From Bacteroidales bacterium (GTDB lineage: Bacteria; Bacteroidota; Bacteroidia; Bacteroidales; GCA-2748055): a stretch of 64,000 nt of DNA. Positions 49,562 to 59,627 of the stretch are shown here, in pieces. The stretch is from positions 487 through 64,486 of the forward strand of contig DAOVIO010000008.1 in assembly GCA_030673645.1 (NCBI GenBank), in the 5' to 3' direction. Both the position numbers and the translations under genes were made by a program. Under the pieces are notes generated by a model, which ran no database searches, was not told the origin of the DNA, and was given only the letters and a program-made list of their open reading frames with translations. How positions within the stretch are numbered: position 1 is the stretch's first letter; every line of letters begins with the position of its first letter.

Positions 49562-50557
49562 ATGAGTGAACAGGTAAATATTAAAGAATTAAATGAGCGT
49601 ATTAAACAGGAAAGTGAATTTATTGACCTGATTAATATTGAAATTAATAAGGTTATTGTTGGACAGAAACATCTTTTGGAAAGTTTGTTGATTGGCTTGC
49701 TTTCTGACGGACATGTATTGCTTGAAGGTGTTCCAGGACTGGCAAAGACACTATCAATAAAAACATTGGCAGATACTATCGATGCTAAATTCAGTCGGAT
49801 TCAATTTACACCCGACCTTCTTCCTGCCGATTTAATCGGAACGATGATCTATAGTCAGAAAAAAGAGGAATTTCTAGTGAAAAAAGGTCCGGTCTTTGCA
49901 AATTTTATATTGGCAGATGAAATAAATCGTTCTCCGGCAAAAGTCCAGAGTGCCTTACTCGAAGCCATGCAGGAACAACAGGTTACTATAGGTAAAAATA
50001 CTTTTCAATTAGATAAACCATTTCTTGTTTTGGCTACACAAAACCCAATAGAGCAGGAGGGAACTTACCCATTACCTGAGGCCCAGATTGACAGGTTTAT
50101 GCTAAAGGTCGTAATTAGCTATCCTACGAAAGAAGAGGAGCGAATTATTATGCGGGAGAATTTGGAGAAAATATTCCCAACTGCTTCAAAAATTCTAAAA
50201 ACGGTTGATATTTTAAAAGCAAAGGAAGTTGTACAGGAGGTATACCTTGATGAGAAAATTGAAAACTACATTCTTGATATAGTTTTTGCCACAAGGAATC
50301 CTCAGGATTTTGGTCTTAGCGAATTCAAAAATATGATTCAATATGGTGCATCTCCCAGAGCAAGTATTAATCTTGCAAAAGCTGCAAAAGCCTATGCTTT
50401 TATAAAAAGAAGAGGTTATGTAGTTCCTGAAGATGTGAGAGCCGTATGTTTTGATGTAATGCGGCACCGGATTGGTCTGAGTTATGAGGCTGAAGCAGAA
50501 AATGTTAGTTCTGAAGATATCATACGTGAAATTCTAAATAAAGTGGAAGTACCCTAA
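49562..50557 (+). CDS. MoxR-family AAA+ ATPase
   Basis: Walker A is LLEGVPGLAKT and Walker B is FILADEINRSPAKVQSALLEAMQE. ATQNPIEQEGTYPLPEAQIDRF is also present. Confidence 0.93.
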   Translation: MSEQVNIKELNERIKQESEFIDLINIEINKVIVGQKHLLESLLIGLLSDGHVLLEGVPGLAKTLSIKTLADTIDAKFSRIQFTPDLLPADLIGTMIYSQKKEEFLVKKGPVFANFILADEINRSPAKVQSALLEAMQEQQVTIGKNTFQLDKPFLVLATQNPIEQEGTYPLPEAQIDRFMLKVVISYPTKEEERIIMRENLEKIFPTASKILKTVDILKAKEVVQEVYLDEKIENYILDIVFATRNPQDFGLSEFKNMIQYGASPRASINLAKAAKAYAFIKRRGYVVPEDVRAVCFDVMRHRIGLSYEAEAENVSSEDIIREILNKVEVP

Positions 50558-50568
50558 AACATCGGGTT

Positions 50569-50973
50569 ATGAAGAAAATACTCCTTTTTACTTTTGTTTT
50601 CTTATTTTTCCCGGACAATAATATGATTGCTCAGCATTTTATTGGCCTCAACAAAGAAGAAACCAGAGTATTAGCAAGGAAAACAGGTTTTTATATTGAT
50701 GATATAATAATGAATAAGAAGTTTAACTATCTGAAATTTATTAATTCATCAAATACCAAAACCTTATTAGTATTTTTCTCAGATAAAGATATTTCTACAC
50801 ATACTCGTATGATTTGTGACTATTCAGAATATGATGCTATAATAAGCAATTGCAATGAGCATTATAAGAAAAAGCGAAAGAATTTGTGGGTATACAATGT
50901 AGGAAAGGAGATTTTTAAAGTTACGCTGGAAGAAGAGGCGTGGTACTTTGTTTTGCGGGTAAAAAAAAAGTAG
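50569..50973 (+). CDS. Hypothetical secreted protein (134 aa) inserted between MoxR and DUF58
   Basis: Has a signal peptide. No family was recognised. Confidence 0.5.
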   Translation: MKKILLFTFVFLFFPDNNMIAQHFIGLNKEETRVLARKTGFYIDDIIMNKKFNYLKFINSSNTKTLLVFFSDKDISTHTRMICDYSEYDAIISNCNEHYKKKRKNLWVYNVGKEIFKVTLEEEAWYFVLRVKKK

Positions 50974-50995
50974 TTGATAAAGAAGGTATTTTAAA

Positions 50996-51868
50996 ATGGC
51001 GAAAGATGAAACGTCGGAACTTCTGAAAAAGGTTCGGACAATTGAAATAAAAACACGCGGATTAACGCGTCAGGTATTCGCTGGCGAGTATCATAGTGCA
51101 TTTAAAGGTAGGGGTGTTACCTTCTCGGAGGTGAGAGAATACCTTTATGGTGACGATATACGGAATATAGACTGGAATGTAACTGCCCGCTATAGTAATC
51201 CATATATTAAAATTTATGAAGAGGAAAGAGAGCTCACTGTTGTCTTATTGATTGATGTTAGTGGTTCCCGAAACTTTGGATCAGTTTCTTTACTTAAAAA
51301 GAATATCATAACAGAAATCTCTGCAGTACTTTCATTCTCTGCGATCTTAAATAACGATAAAATTGGTGTTATCTTTTTTAGCGATAAAGTTGAAAAGTAT
51401 ATACCCCCTAAAAAAGGCCGGAAGCATATATTACACATTATAAGGGAATTAATTGAGTTTAAACCGGAAAGTAATAAAACGGACTTAAGGGAGCCATTAA
51501 AATTTTTCACCAATGTAATTAAGAAGCGCTGCACGGCATTTGTAATATCTGACTTTATGTGTCCCGATTTTGAGAACTCACTGAAAGTGGCCAGAAAAAA
51601 GCATGATGTTGTAGCTCTTAATATTTATGATAAAAGAGAAACTGAAATGCCCGATATTGGATTAGTAAAATTTCTCGATCCGGAAAATTCACAAACGAGA
51701 TGGGTTGATACTTCCATAGCTAGTGTCAGAAAAGATTATGATGAAAATTGGATAGAAAGGATGGGACATCTTGATAATCTTTTTGTGCGAAATAATATTG
51801 ATCATGTTAGTATAAATACTTCAGAAGATTATGTGAAGCCACTTTTGGGGTTATTTAAAAGAAGATAA
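50996..51868 (+). CDS. DUF58-domain protein (MoxR-associated, VWA-like)
   Basis: G.YHSAFKGRGVTFSEVREYLYGDDIRNIDWNVTAR and LLIDVSGS are hallmark DUF58 motifs. Confidence 0.9.
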   Translation: MAKDETSELLKKVRTIEIKTRGLTRQVFAGEYHSAFKGRGVTFSEVREYLYGDDIRNIDWNVTARYSNPYIKIYEEERELTVVLLIDVSGSRNFGSVSLLKKNIITEISAVLSFSAILNNDKIGVIFFSDKVEKYIPPKKGRKHILHIIRELIEFKPESNKTDLREPLKFFTNVIKKRCTAFVISDFMCPDFENSLKVARKKHDVVALNIYDKRETEMPDIGLVKFLDPENSQTRWVDTSIASVRKDYDENWIERMGHLDNLFVRNNIDHVSINTSEDYVKPLLGLFKRR

Positions 51869-52828
51869 ATGAGTAGAACAGTTTTCATATTAGTATTAAT
51901 ATTTACAAATATTCAAATATTTGGTCAGTTAAGTCTCTTGTCCACTCTTGAAAAAGACAGTATTAAAATTGGTGAGCAATTAGAATATAATCTAATCCTT
52001 AATTCACCTAATGCAATTCATTCTTTTGTGACAGATACACGAGGATTAGAAAATTCAGGCCTCGAAATTATTGTTGCTCAAATGGATTCAATTCTAGACA
52101 ACGATCATTTTATTTATAGACAAAATTATATTCTAACGGTTTTCGATTCAGGAAGATATATTCTGCCTTCTTTGCCAGTGCTTGTCAATGATAACAAAAG
52201 ATTGGATACATTATATACAGATGAATTATTTTTGATGGTGTACTCTCCTGAAATAGACACTACACAAGAGATTATGGATATAAAGGATACCGTTAATACT
52301 CCTTTTAATTTATCGGAGATTGTGCCTTATATTCCATGGATTGCAGGAGGTGTAGCTTTGATTATTGCCATATTAATATTAAGATGGTATCTGAGGAGAA
52401 AGAAAAAAGTTATTGAAGAAAAAGAAAATATTCCTGCACATATTAAAGCCTTTAACAAACTCGATCAGATTAAGGAAACAAAACTCTGGCAGCACGGCAA
52501 GGTAAAAGATTATTATGTTGAATTGTCTGATACTGTAAGGACATATATTGAAGATAGATATGAAATACCTGCAATGGAATCTGTTACATGGGAAATTCTT
52601 GAGAAATTCAATAAATATTCTTATGACGATGACTTCCAGGTTGAAATTCTAGAAGACCTGTTAAATCTTTCTGACCTTGTAAAGTTTGCAAAAGAGAATC
52701 CAGATCCTTCTGAAAATGAAACTCATCTGAGTCAGGCCTATATATTTGTTGAGAAAACTAAAATTGTTGAAGCTCCTAAGACTGAAGATATTCAGGATGA
52801 AGCTGATATTGAAAAGCAAAATATTTAA
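51869..52828 (+). CDS. Membrane protein of the Bat operon (DUF4381-like)
   Basis: Has a signal sequence plus one internal TM (WIAGGVALIIAILILRWYL). Its position between DUF58 and BatA is the usual one. Confidence 0.6.
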   Translation: MSRTVFILVLIFTNIQIFGQLSLLSTLEKDSIKIGEQLEYNLILNSPNAIHSFVTDTRGLENSGLEIIVAQMDSILDNDHFIYRQNYILTVFDSGRYILPSLPVLVNDNKRLDTLYTDELFLMVYSPEIDTTQEIMDIKDTVNTPFNLSEIVPYIPWIAGGVALIIAILILRWYLRRKKKVIEEKENIPAHIKAFNKLDQIKETKLWQHGKVKDYYVELSDTVRTYIEDRYEIPAMESVTWEILEKFNKYSYDDDFQVEILEDLLNLSDLVKFAKENPDPSENETHLSQAYIFVEKTKIVEAPKTEDIQDEADIEKQNI

Positions 52829-52831
52829 GAT

Positions 52832-53824
52832 ATGTTTAATTACGATTTTGCAAATCCCGGATTTTTATTTCTGCTGCTAGTGCTGCCACTAATAGTAGTT
52901 TTTTATATATTCCGACAAAGAAAGGATACTCCTGATATCAAACTTTCATCTCTTTCAGTGTTTTCCGGATCAAAAATTCCTTTCAGATTAATCTTAAAGC
53001 ATTTTTTATTTGGATTAAGACTAATTGCTATGGCTTTACTTATTATTGCTTTAGCCCGTCCACAATCGACCGATTCATGGAGCGAGACATCAACGGAAGG
53101 AATAGATATCACACTTTGTCTGGACGTTTCAGGAAGTATGCGGGCTATGGATTTGAAGCCGGACAGATTAGAAGCAGCAAAAAATGTGGCTTCCGAATTT
53201 ATTAATGGTAGAGAAAACGATAGGATTGCAATTGTAGCTTTTAGTGGAGAAAGTTTTACGGTTTGTCCTCTAACTTCAGACAGAGCCATTGCTGTTAATC
53301 AGCTGAATGATCTGAAATTTGGGATGATTGAAGATGGCACTGCAATAGGAATGGGACTGGCTACCTCGGTAAACAGACTTAAAGACAGCGACGCAGTTTC
53401 TAAAGTAGTTATATTATTAACTGACGGAGTTAATAATTCAGGAACCATAGGGCCGCTTACGGCTGCTGAGATTGCAAATGAATTTGGAATCAGAATCTAT
53501 ACTATTGGTATTGGCACTCAAGGAACTGCTCCAATTCAGGTTCAAACGCCTTTTGGTACGAGAACGCAGCAAATGCAGGTTGAGATTGATGAAGATGTAT
53601 TGAAAGAAATTTCTGAAAAAACAGGGGGTATGTATTTTAGAGCTACAGATAATCAGTCACTTAAAGAGATTTATGTTGAAATTGACAAGCTGGAGAAAAC
53701 CATACTCGATACTCAGGATTACAGCAAGAAGCATGAGGAATATTTTATATTTCTTCTTATTGGAATTGGATTAATATTATTGGATAAAGTATTGAGTTTA
53801 ACAATTTTAAAATCATTGACTTAA
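52832..53824 (+). CDS. batA: VWA-domain aerotolerance protein BatA
   Basis: Two N-terminal TMs, the MIDAS motif LCLDVSGSM, ILLTDGVNN and a C-terminal TM. Confidence 0.87.
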   Translation: MFNYDFANPGFLFLLLVLPLIVVFYIFRQRKDTPDIKLSSLSVFSGSKIPFRLILKHFLFGLRLIAMALLIIALARPQSTDSWSETSTEGIDITLCLDVSGSMRAMDLKPDRLEAAKNVASEFINGRENDRIAIVAFSGESFTVCPLTSDRAIAVNQLNDLKFGMIEDGTAIGMGLATSVNRLKDSDAVSKVVILLTDGVNNSGTIGPLTAAEIANEFGIRIYTIGIGTQGTAPIQVQTPFGTRTQQMQVEIDEDVLKEISEKTGGMYFRATDNQSLKEIYVEIDKLEKTILDTQDYSKKHEEYFIFLLIGIGLILLDKVLSLTILKSLT

Positions 53825-53833
53825 AATCAGGAC

Positions 53834-54877
53834 ATGATAAGGTTTGAAAGAATTGAAATATTATATTTATTGATTGTAATTCCGGTTTTGGTGCTGCTAT
53901 ACCTGATTGCCGTACATTCTTCGAAGAGAAAATTTAAAAAGTTTGCTTCCTACGAGATGAAAGAATTTCTTTTTCCATTGGAATCTGGTTTCAGGAAAGC
54001 ATTGAAATTTGGTATTTGGATATTAGCCTACGGTATTCTAATAATCGCTTTAGCCGGCCCTCAAGTTGGGTCAAAGCTAAAAGAAGTACAAAAAAGAGGA
54101 AGAGAAATTGTAATTGCATTAGATGTTTCTAATTCAATGCTGTCGGAAGATATTAAACCGAACAGGCTCGAAATGGCGAAACAATCATTAAGCCGAATGT
54201 TGAATGAGATGGAAGATGACAAGGTTGGATTAATTGTTTTTGCAGGCGATGCTTATACCCAGATTCCCATTACTAACGATTACGGAGCTGCTCGTCTTTT
54301 TTTGAATACTGTATCACCTGAGATTGTATCGAAGCAGGGCACAGCTGTTGCTGCTGCAATTGAACTTGCCAGTCGTTCTTTTACTCCTGAATCAGGGAAT
54401 GGAAATCAATATGGTGCTAAATCGAGGGCAATTATTATTATCACAGATGGTGAAAACCATGAAGGGGATGCTATCGTTGCTGCAAAAGAAGCAGCAGATA
54501 AAGGAATAATTATACATACCATTGGTTTGGGGAGTCCTGAAGGAGTTCCAATTCCAATTTACCCGGGAAGTCGTGAATTCAGAAGAGACAAAGACGGAAA
54601 TGTTGTTGTAAGTAAACTGGAAGAAACGGTTCTGAAGCAAATCGCAGGAATAACAAAGGGCTATTATGTAAGGGCAGGGAAAAATACTGCGGGTATTCAG
54701 CAACTTATGCTAAAGATTAATGAGCTCGAAACGGAAGAGTATACCACAAAGGTTTTTGCTGAATATATAGAACGATATCAGTTTTTTGTTGCGATAGCTC
54801 TTTTTTTATTGCTGATAGAATTTTTGATAATGCAGAAAAAGAGTTTATGGATGAGTAAATTTAAATTATTTGTTTGA
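53834..54877 (+). CDS. batB: VWA-domain aerotolerance protein BatB
   Basis: The MIDAS motif is IALDVSNSM. IIITDGENHEG and a C-terminal TM are present. Confidence 0.87.
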   Translation: MIRFERIEILYLLIVIPVLVLLYLIAVHSSKRKFKKFASYEMKEFLFPLESGFRKALKFGIWILAYGILIIALAGPQVGSKLKEVQKRGREIVIALDVSNSMLSEDIKPNRLEMAKQSLSRMLNEMEDDKVGLIVFAGDAYTQIPITNDYGAARLFLNTVSPEIVSKQGTAVAAAIELASRSFTPESGNGNQYGAKSRAIIIITDGENHEGDAIVAAKEAADKGIIIHTIGLGSPEGVPIPIYPGSREFRRDKDGNVVVSKLEETVLKQIAGITKGYYVRAGKNTAGIQQLMLKINELETEEYTTKVFAEYIERYQFFVAIALFLLLIEFLIMQKKSLWMSKFKLFV

Positions 54878-55571
54878 GATGAAGATATCAGTAATTATTC
54901 TGTTAAGTATGGTATTTCTACCTTTGTCTTACGGGCAAAAGGAGAGGTCTTATAATAGAACAGGCGTAAAAAATTATAACTTAGGTGAATATAACAATGC
55001 AGAAGTAGATTTTATGAAGGCGCTGGAAGTTGATTCAACAGCCTTTGCGGCCAATTACAATACTGCAGCTACTCTATACAAACTTGAAAAATATGGAGAA
55101 GCAAACGAGATTCTTGCAAAGCTTGCAAACAATATTGAAAGCCCTCAACATCTTCCTGATATGCTGCATAATCTTGGGAATAATTTTTTGAAGCAAGATA
55201 TGTACGAGCAAAGCATTGAAGCTTATAAGAATTCCTTACGTCTAAGACCCAGTGACGATGAAAGCAGATACAACCTCGCTTATGCACAAGCAAAGTTAAA
55301 GCAGCAGCAAGAAGAAAATAAGGACGACCAGAAACAGGATCAGGATAATAAGGATCAAGACGATCAGGAAGACAAGAAGGAAGATCAGCAGGAGCAACAG
55401 AATGAGGAAAATAAAGAACAGCAACAACAGCAACCTGAACCTAAGGAATTGTCAAAAGAAGATGTAGAAAGGATTCTTCAGGCAATTCAGGAACAAGAAA
55501 AGGATGTAAAAGAAAAAGTTGATAAAGAAAAAGCCAAAGTTCAAAAAGTAAAAACAGAAAAGGATTGGTAA
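54870..55571 (+). CDS. batC: TPR protein BatC with a Q/E/D/K-rich low-complexity tail
   Basis: TPR units, for example YEQSIEAYKNSLRLRPSDDESRYNLAYA. The tail reads QQQEENKDDQKQDQDNKDQDDQEDKKEDQQEQQNEENKEQQQQQ. Confidence 0.78.
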   Translation: MFEMKISVIILLSMVFLPLSYGQKERSYNRTGVKNYNLGEYNNAEVDFMKALEVDSTAFAANYNTAATLYKLEKYGEANEILAKLANNIESPQHLPDMLHNLGNNFLKQDMYEQSIEAYKNSLRLRPSDDESRYNLAYAQAKLKQQQEENKDDQKQDQDNKDQDDQEDKKEDQQEQQNEENKEQQQQQPEPKELSKEDVERILQAIQEQEKDVKEKVDKEKAKVQKVKTEKDW

Positions 55572-55572
55572 A

Positions 55573-57378
55573 ATGAGAAGTTTAGTGAAATCATCTCATA
55601 TTAAATTATTTATCTTATTGATATCGTTTTATTTCGGTATTAGTTCCCTTGTAATTGCTCAGGAAAAAACCATTAAGGCAAGTGCTCCTTCGGTAGTTCA
55701 AGCTGGCACTGCCTTTAATTATTTGCTTTCTGGTGAAAACCAGGGGGAGGTGACCCTTGCTCCTCCAACTGGTGTGCGAATTCTGGCCGGACCATCTCAA
55801 ATGGTAAGCTTCCGTAGCTCAAATATTAATGGAAGAATGCAATCTGTTAAAGAAGTTAGTTATACTTATGTTATGATAGCTGACAAAGAGGGTGATTATA
55901 TTATTCCTTCGGCATTAATTAAGTCGGGTCGCAAAGAATACATATCTAATGAAGTAAGGTTTAAAGCTGTTAATTCATCTTCAAGCATTGGCGAATCTAC
56001 ATCAACCGGACTGCCACCAGCTGTTATTGTTCAACTTATTCCATCAAAAAGAAGTATTTATGAAGGAGAACAAATTGTCTTATCAACCAAAGTTTTAGTT
56101 AGGGAACAACTTCAGATAACTGGATTGAATTCTGCTTCTTCTGAAGGATTTTGGACAGAAGTTCTGGAGCCTGATGAGTTCGCCTTAAATGAAACAGTTG
56201 AAGGGCAGGCATATAGGACTCAGGTTATTAAACGCGATTTACTTACTGCTCAGAAAAAAGGAGAAGTAAAAATCGGGCCCTCAGTTATGGATGTAACCAT
56301 TCAGAAAAAAGTAAAAAGTAGAAACAGTTTTTTCAATGATCCATTTTTTGATAATGCTTTTGGATCTTATGAAAATGTTCCACAGTCAGTTAAGTCAAAT
56401 ATTCTTACATTAAATATTAAACCTTTACCTGATAATGCGCCGGAAAATTTTAAAGGTGCAGTAGGAAGTTTTAAGATTACTTCAAGTTTGAACAAGGACA
56501 GTATAGAAACTAATGATGCCATTTCCCTTATAGTTAAATATTCGGGGAAAGGTAACCTAAGTCTTATTACAGCACCTGATCTTGATTTACCACCGGATCT
56601 GGAAGTGTTTGAACCCAAGAGAGTAGCGAAGTTAAAACATGATGTTTCGGGCACTACAGGAACATTAAGTTTTGAATACACACTTATTCCCAGACATTCG
56701 GGAAATTACAGAATTTCACCTATTAATATTAGTTTCTTTAATCCTGGTACAGCTCGGTACGATCGTTATATATCAGATGTTTTTGAATTTTTCGCGACAG
56801 GCGAAAATAATGAATCTGAAAAAGGAGGAATGATTAGTGGTGGATTTTTCAGAGATGAGGTATCAAATCTTAATACAGATATTGTTTATATTAAAACTTC
56901 TTCTCCAAAACTATATATCAATGGCAGCTACCTGATATTGAAAAATGGGGTATACATTTATTTTGTCTCCGGCTTATTAATGCTTGTAATATCTTTTTTC
57001 TTGTGGAGAAAGAAACTTGAAAAAGAGTCGGATGTATTTTATACCCGAAATAAAAAGGCATGGAAAAAGACTAAGAAACGACTTAAAAGAGGATCCGAAT
57101 TACTTAAAAAGGATGATGATGGATTTTATGAGGAAATATTAAGAGCAATAGAAGATTACCTGGCCGATAGGTTAAGCATAAATAAATCTGATTTATCTCG
57201 CGAGAAAATTAAATCTGAACTTGCTCTCCGAAAACTGCCTGAAGAAGTAATAATAATTTTAATGCAACTTATGGATGATTGTGAAATTGCCAGATATTCG
57301 ACTGAAGAAAGTGCTGATAAGAAGAAAGTTTATGAGAATGCAGTAAGGTGCTTAACTGAAATTGAACAAAAGCTTTAA
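55573..57378 (+). CDS. batD: BatD-like oxygen-tolerance protein
   Basis: A 601 aa protein with a signal peptide and one TM near residue 460, in the operon position after BatC. Confidence 0.75.
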   Translation: MRSLVKSSHIKLFILLISFYFGISSLVIAQEKTIKASAPSVVQAGTAFNYLLSGENQGEVTLAPPTGVRILAGPSQMVSFRSSNINGRMQSVKEVSYTYVMIADKEGDYIIPSALIKSGRKEYISNEVRFKAVNSSSSIGESTSTGLPPAVIVQLIPSKRSIYEGEQIVLSTKVLVREQLQITGLNSASSEGFWTEVLEPDEFALNETVEGQAYRTQVIKRDLLTAQKKGEVKIGPSVMDVTIQKKVKSRNSFFNDPFFDNAFGSYENVPQSVKSNILTLNIKPLPDNAPENFKGAVGSFKITSSLNKDSIETNDAISLIVKYSGKGNLSLITAPDLDLPPDLEVFEPKRVAKLKHDVSGTTGTLSFEYTLIPRHSGNYRISPINISFFNPGTARYDRYISDVFEFFATGENNESEKGGMISGGFFRDEVSNLNTDIVYIKTSSPKLYINGSYLILKNGVYIYFVSGLLMLVISFFLWRKKLEKESDVFYTRNKKAWKKTKKRLKRGSELLKKDDDGFYEEILRAIEDYLADRLSINKSDLSREKIKSELALRKLPEEVIIILMQLMDDCEIARYSTEESADKKKVYENAVRCLTEIEQKL

Positions 57379-57381
57379 AAA

Positions 57382-58143
57382 ATGAAAAGGAATTTTGTCA
57401 GTTTTATATTGCTAATTGTATCAGTATTTATGCTTGAGGCTAGCCCTGAAGTAGATACTTTATTTAACCAGGCGAATAAACTATATCAACAATCCGAATA
57501 TGAAAAAGCTATTGGCTTTTATTCTAAAATTGACAGTCTGGGCTACAAGTCCTCTGAAGTTTATTTTAATATGGCGAATTCATATTTTCGTTCCAATAAA
57601 CTTGGTAAAGCCAGATTATACTATGAACGAGCCCTGTTAATTAGCCCATCTGATGAAGAGATTAATGCGAATTTGGAATTTCTGGAATCCATGCTTACCG
57701 ATAGATTTGATATGGTTCCTGAATTTTTTATTAAAACATGGTTAAGAAAGGTTATTTTGGGTCTACATCCAGATAAGTGGATGATAATTAGTTTAATTTT
57801 ATTTACTCTTTTTCTCATTGGTGGTTTAATCTATATTTTTATAAAATCCATAGCAATCCGGAGAATTGGAATTCTTGTTGCTATTGTAGCCTTTTTTCTT
57901 TCAACTTTCAGCTTTGGATTGTCATTTATTAGTTATCAGAAAGTTTCGGAACCCTTAACAGCAGTTATTATGGAAGGCGGACAAGTAGTGAAATCTGCAC
58001 CCAGACAGAGTGGAAAGGAATTGTTTATTTTACATCTGGGTAGCAAAGTATATATCGAAAATTCTATAGATACCTGGAAAGAAATAAGAATAAGTGATGG
58101 CCGAAAAGGTTGGGTTCCTGCCGAAAGTATTGAGGGAATTTAA
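57382..58143 (+). CDS. batE: BatE-like protein (TPR, TMs and a C-terminal SH3b-like domain)
   Basis: The TPR is YFNMANSYFRSNKLGKARLYYERALLISPSD and the C-terminus reads WKEIRISDGRKGWVPAESI. Confidence 0.72.
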   Translation: MKRNFVSFILLIVSVFMLEASPEVDTLFNQANKLYQQSEYEKAIGFYSKIDSLGYKSSEVYFNMANSYFRSNKLGKARLYYERALLISPSDEEINANLEFLESMLTDRFDMVPEFFIKTWLRKVILGLHPDKWMIISLILFTLFLIGGLIYIFIKSIAIRRIGILVAIVAFFLSTFSFGLSFISYQKVSEPLTAVIMEGGQVVKSAPRQSGKELFILHLGSKVYIENSIDTWKEIRISDGRKGWVPAESIEGI

Positions 58144-58155
58144 AATTCAAATTCA

Positions 58156-58163
58156 TATATTTG
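58156..58163 (+). promoter_or_regulatory. Candidate -7 promoter box (TATATTTG) for the MBOAT operon
   Basis: Exact TAnnTTTG match 38 nt upstream of the ATG at 58201. Confidence 0.35.
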
Positions 58164-58200
58164 GCAATTATTTTTTTTAATTCTCAATTGGGATACACAA

Positions 58201-59625
58201 ATGCTATTCAATTCAACTGTATTTTTTGGATTCTTCCTCATTGTATTGATAGCCTATTTCAGCTTTAAAAAATCTTACAAACTTCAAAATATTCTTTTAC
58301 TAATCTCCAGTTATGTCTTCTATGGGTACTGGGATTGGCGATTTTTATTTCTTATTGCTCTGTCAACTGTCATCGACTTTTTTGTCGGGAAAACTCTTCA
58401 TGGAGAACAAAATGAGAGAAAACGTAAACAGTTACTATTTATTTCCGTCTTTGCTAATCTGTCGATACTTGGATTTTTTAAATACTTCAATTTTTTTGCA
58501 GATAGTTTTACAGATGTACTAAATCTTTTTGGTTTTCATGGAGATATGATAACACTTAAGGTTATCCTACCGGTTGGCATTTCATTCTATACATTCCAAA
58601 CGATGAGCTATACTATCGATATTTATAGGAAGAAACTGAAACCTACAAAAGATTTTATCGATTTTGCTCTTTTTGTGTCATTTTTCCCTCAGCTTGTTGC
58701 TGGTCCAATTGAAAGGGCTGTTAATCTATTGCCACAGATATCTAAAGCTAGAATAATAAAAAAGGAGCAGATTTATGCCGGTATATTTTTAATTCTATGG
58801 GGATACTTTAAGAAAGTTGTTATTGCTGATAATATGGGATTGCTGGCAGATAGAATTTTTAATAATTATGAATCCTTTCATGGTATTGATTTATATATTG
58901 GTATTATCGCCTTTAGTATTCAGATTTATGGTGATTTCTCCGGTTATTCAGATATTGCCAGGGGAATTGCTAAATTATTAGGATTTGATCTGATGGTTAA
59001 TTTTCGATTACCATATTTTGCAATAAACCCAAGTGATTTCTGGAACCGATGGCATATTTCACTTTCCAGTTGGCTACGTGATTATCTATACATATCCTTA
59101 GGGGGAAATAGGAAGGGTAATCTAAAAACTTACAGGAATTTGGGCCTGACAATGCTGCTAGGGGGCTTATGGCATGGTGCTTCCTGGAATTTTGTTCTGT
59201 GGGGAGCATTTCATGGTATTATATTGATCGTATATAGATATATTGGATTTGTGAAGCTACCTGATGGTATGAGGGGAATGAATATTAAGGCTATTTTCAA
59301 GCGGTGGGGCAGTATGATCATTATGTTATTGATCACACTCTTTGGTTGGCTTATCTTTAGAGTGGATTCAATGGATCAATTTGAATACTTTCTAAAATAT
59401 ATGTATCTAAGACCCAGTGGTTTTACCTCTGAGTTTTTAAAATTAATATTTTGGTTCAGTTTGCCGCTTATTATAATGCAGATCTTTCAACATATTAAGA
59501 AAGATTTATTAGTTGTTTTGCGCCTGCCTAATATAATTTTGATAGTCCTATTTAGTATAATGCTATTAATAATATTCATTTTCGGTGCACAGGAAGCTAG
59601 TGAATTCATTTATTTTCAGTTCTGA
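58201..59625 (+). CDS. MBOAT-family O-acyltransferase (AlgI/DltB-like)
   Basis: A multi-TM protein. FWNRWHISLSSWLRDYLYISLGGNR and the conserved-His block LGGLWHGASWNFVLWG are present. Confidence 0.92.
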   Translation: MLFNSTVFFGFFLIVLIAYFSFKKSYKLQNILLLISSYVFYGYWDWRFLFLIALSTVIDFFVGKTLHGEQNERKRKQLLFISVFANLSILGFFKYFNFFADSFTDVLNLFGFHGDMITLKVILPVGISFYTFQTMSYTIDIYRKKLKPTKDFIDFALFVSFFPQLVAGPIERAVNLLPQISKARIIKKEQIYAGIFLILWGYFKKVVIADNMGLLADRIFNNYESFHGIDLYIGIIAFSIQIYGDFSGYSDIARGIAKLLGFDLMVNFRLPYFAINPSDFWNRWHISLSSWLRDYLYISLGGNRKGNLKTYRNLGLTMLLGGLWHGASWNFVLWGAFHGIILIVYRYIGFVKLPDGMRGMNIKAIFKRWGSMIIMLLITLFGWLIFRVDSMDQFEYFLKYMYLRPSGFTSEFLKLIFWFSLPLIIMQIFQHIKKDLLVVLRLPNIILIVLFSIMLLIIFIFGAQEASEFIYFQF

Positions 59626-59627
59626 TT

